A stretch of DNA of 64,000 nt, from positions 1-64,000 of the IMG/VR virus record IMGVR_UViG_3300000976_000012; one strand, given 5' to 3'. Below the pieces are notes generated by a model. The model saw only the letters and a list, made by a program, of their open reading frames with translations, had not been told where the DNA came from and did not search any database. The DNA comes from a virus. Position 1 is the first letter of the stretch, and each line of letters starts with the position of its first letter. Positions 61,679 to 64,000 of this stretch are shown here, piece after piece. A program made the position numbers and the translations under genes.

Positions 61679-62094
61679 AGTCTCTCCTCAAGTGAAGCGA
61701 CATCATCCACCTCACCAATTTCGTAGGACAGATAATCTTCCACCGTGCGGCTTGCGAAGTCATAGGTATGATCGATGTCGTCCTTATTTGGTTGGCAAGG
61801 TAGCTCCACTGCAACGTCTATTCTGGCAAACTCAAAGTTGCCAAGACTGCGTGTGACGCCCCCGGATACCCGAACTTTGGCAGGCGGTCCTTCTATCACG
61901 GGCACGGGTATCTTGACTTCACGCAAATTATCAGTGCCGTAGCTTGTCATGCGCACCAACACACTGCCATCAGGTGCGCTAAGCGCAGCCGCATCAGTCA
62001 TGTCTCTCAAAGGGATGCGAGACTTCCTTTTGGGTGGGTCAATCGCAGGTCTCTCTGGCACCTCAACAGGTATTTTCTTGGATCGTACTATCAT
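61675..62094 (-). CDS. hypothetical protein with IDPPKRKSR tag
   Basis: 139-aa ORF with a 4-nt overlap onto the RecA-like gene. Confidence 0.55.
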   Translation of the reverse strand: MIVRSKKIPVEVPERPAIDPPKRKSRIPLRDMTDAAALSAPDGSVLVRMTSYGTDNLREVKIPVPVIEGPPAKVRVSGGVTRSLGNFEFARIDVAVELPCQPNKDDIDHTYDFASRTVEDYLSYEIGEVDDVASLEERL

Positions 62095-62119
62095 ATTTAA
62101 GCCCTCTTGAATTTTGATC

Positions 62120-62626
62120 CTAACCGGATTTACGAACCTCGTCCACCGCCGAGTAAACGGACGTTATTGCAGCCGCATTGTCTTTCCGGAAATAAAGCAA
62201 ATCGGCTAGAAATGGACCTAAGCTTTCGATGATTGCAGCAGCTTCCTTCTGCGTATAGCAATCCAACATCACGATGTCGTTCTTACCTCTTGCCCGGACG
62301 GCTGTCTTTGGCAACCGGCCATCTGCTATCCATGTGCGTACTTGCTTAACCGGACGACCTAATAGATCAGCCATCTCTGATTTAGAGAACGTCAACACAG
62401 CGCCGTCTGTGCTCCCGTCCACATCACGTAGTGATCCAAAGGACGCGAACTTCCACACGTTGGTTCTTGGATCAAACGGCTCCGGTGATCCCGCTGCTTT
62501 ACGGTATCCGTCACGCGCCGCTTTGTTCTCTTTGCTTCTGTAATCCGCTTCCGAATGGTAGCGCTCTTTGCGTCTCTCGTTCCGGTCGTCAAACCACGGG
62601 CCGGTATATGGTCCCTTTTTGGTCAT
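62120..62626 (-). CDS. HTH DNA-binding protein, putative
   Basis: Start ATG 62626 with a GAGGAG SD. LTFSKSEMADLLGRPVKQVRTWIADGRLP is MerR/excisionase-like. Confidence 0.5.
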   Translation of the reverse strand: MTKKGPYTGPWFDDRNERRKERYHSEADYRSKENKAARDGYRKAAGSPEPFDPRTNVWKFASFGSLRDVDGSTDGAVLTFSKSEMADLLGRPVKQVRTWIADGRLPKTAVRARGKNDIVMLDCYTQKEAAAIIESLGPFLADLLYFRKDNAAAITSVYSAVDEVRKSG

Positions 62627-62636
62627 GCTGCGCTCC

Positions 62637-63980
62637 TCAAATTTTTCCTTCAATCACAGTACAAGTACCATCTAATCGATAATCCTTCAATCGTGACATA
62701 AAATATCGGCGTGACATCCAGTCACCCTCGTCAACTATAGTGATCCAGAGTGCTTTATCTTTGCCGGGGTGTGGTCTGCGGACACGCCCAATTGTCTGCT
62801 TTGCTTTCGATTGCGGTGACAACTCAATGCCTGCGTCCAGTCGTGGTTCGTCTATCCCTTCTTTGAACGAACCGTATGTAGCAAACACGATGTCCGCATT
62901 CTCTTTGGCGTGATCAAACTCTTCCCGTGTAACCTTTTTCTTGGTGACCTTCACACCGTTCCTGATGTGTCGCTCTCCCGTGCACTGTCCCATGGCACTA
63001 GGAGGGATACCAGCCTGTGCACACAACTGCATAATCACTTGCACGTGGCCTACGTGGTCTCCAATGGCCAGTATCTTGCGGCCTGAGTTCCAAAGGCGTT
63101 TAATATAGTGCACAAGCATCTGATTACGCATTCCGTCTTCAGTCAGCTTCTTGATCCTAAAGCCGTGGTCACTAACTTTCTTGCCCTTTTTCTTCTTCAG
63201 GGGAGGGATAGCTGCCATACGTCCACCATCATCATATCGCTTGACGTATATATGGCAGTCTACCGCAGTCGCGACACTGCGAACCTTGCGAGGTCCAATG
63301 TGCCAAAAGATGACGCGATCACTGCCGTCAGTTCTATCCAATGTTGCGGACATTCCGAAACGAACGCGAGCTGGGAACTGTGTCGTGATCATAGCTAACT
63401 CTGGCGTGCCTAGTCTGTGTGCTTCATCTACAATAACAGTGCCGACGCTTTTGTAGAACTCCGGATGATACCGTCGCATCCCCATCGACTTCATCATGCA
63501 GAGCACAAAATCTTTATCTTCCCACTCACACGTATCTGACTGGACAACCCCTATCTTGTTTTCAGGTATGCCAAGGTGGGTGGCTATCTCTTTGTGCCAC
63601 TGATCCATCAGTCGTTCTAACGGTACAAGTACCGCTGTCTTACGTCCTCTTATAGCAGCAGACCGCATAGAACAGACTGTTTTCCCTGATCCAGTGGTTG
63701 CTTCAGCTAAGAAGTGTTGCTCTTGAATTACTGCCTGATCCAACTCAGCCATGAACTTGGCCTGTGCCTTGGGTTCTTTGACAGCTGGGTGATTGGGGTC
63801 AGGTAAACGAGCAGGTGGAGCAGTGAATGCTAAGCCATCTGTTCTATGATCTTCAACGGCAAGTTGGGGGTATCGAAGCATACCATATGCTCTGGGCATC
63901 CCAAGGTAACCATCGCCGGGTAAATCTTTGAACATTCGGATTGGCTTATCGCCGTCATGGTATCTGGATTTCCATGTCAA
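62637..63980 (-). CDS. SF2 DEAD/DEAH-box DNA helicase
   Basis: Motifs ATTGSGKT, VIVDEAHRLG, MSATL and QTIGRVRR. The listed start is TTG and the frame stays open to position 64000, so the true start may lie beyond the window. Confidence 0.8.
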   Translation of the reverse strand: MTWKSRYHDGDKPIRMFKDLPGDGYLGMPRAYGMLRYPQLAVEDHRTDGLAFTAPPARLPDPNHPAVKEPKAQAKFMAELDQAVIQEQHFLAEATTGSGKTVCSMRSAAIRGRKTAVLVPLERLMDQWHKEIATHLGIPENKIGVVQSDTCEWEDKDFVLCMMKSMGMRRYHPEFYKSVGTVIVDEAHRLGTPELAMITTQFPARVRFGMSATLDRTDGSDRVIFWHIGPRKVRSVATAVDCHIYVKRYDDGGRMAAIPPLKKKKGKKVSDHGFRIKKLTEDGMRNQMLVHYIKRLWNSGRKILAIGDHVGHVQVIMQLCAQAGIPPSAMGQCTGERHIRNGVKVTKKKVTREEFDHAKENADIVFATYGSFKEGIDEPRLDAGIELSPQSKAKQTIGRVRRPHPGKDKALWITIVDEGDWMSRRYFMSRLKDYRLDGTCTVIEGKI

Positions 63981-64000
63981 ATTATTCCGCTCTGTCCGAA

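Overview
The window looks like a contiguous piece of a large tailed-phage genome (siphovirus-like: tape measure and G/GT chaperone pair, no sheath seen). I could support no plus-strand gene; about 100 CDS read on the minus strand, many joined by ATGA, GTGA or TAATG stop/start overlaps. In minus-strand transcription order: (1) 63980-57214, a replication and recombination block (SF2 helicase, HTH protein, RecA-like ATPase, Hjc-like and Cas4-like nucleases, RuvC-like resolvase, acidic HeH protein). (2) 57063-54020, a class II ribonucleotide reductase plus an HNH endonuclease. (3) 53948-48140, an unusual island: SAM methyltransferase, a 199-aa unknown, two tandem ParB-fold proteins, an IbrA/DndC-like PP-loop PAPS-reductase-family protein, a clavaminate-synthase/TauD-like dioxygenase, an HNH remnant and a third ParB-fold protein. 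It runs straight into terS-terL (48125-45364). (4) 45281-32857, about 45 small genes, mostly ORFans. (5) 32378-25674, two HNH genes, two large tail-fibre-like genes and small partners. (6) 25613-13061, a second block of small genes including thyX, dut and a fourth ParB-fold protein. (7) A 544-aa ORFan at 13005-11371. (8) A classical head-neck-tail module: portal, minor head protein, protease, acidic scaffold, HK97-like MCP, connector, tail tube, G/GT chaperone with a -1 frameshift, and the start of the tape measure protein at the left edge. Signals not explained by ordinary annotation: a 14-bp near-palindrome TGCAAC-SS-GTTGCA present 18 times exactly, always just upstream of a gene start. A promoter-leader cassette TTGACATAAAAT...GTCGAAAGGGA with 13 exact and about 8 variant copies, all in gene orientation. 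Two short peptide tags shared by otherwise unrelated proteins: [VIY]-[DN]-P-P-K-R-x-R at termini, and [KR]-R-A-h-x-[LI]-COOH. No tRNA, rRNA, CRISPR array, integrase or transposase was recognised. Domain names come from motif recognition by eye and memory, not from searches.
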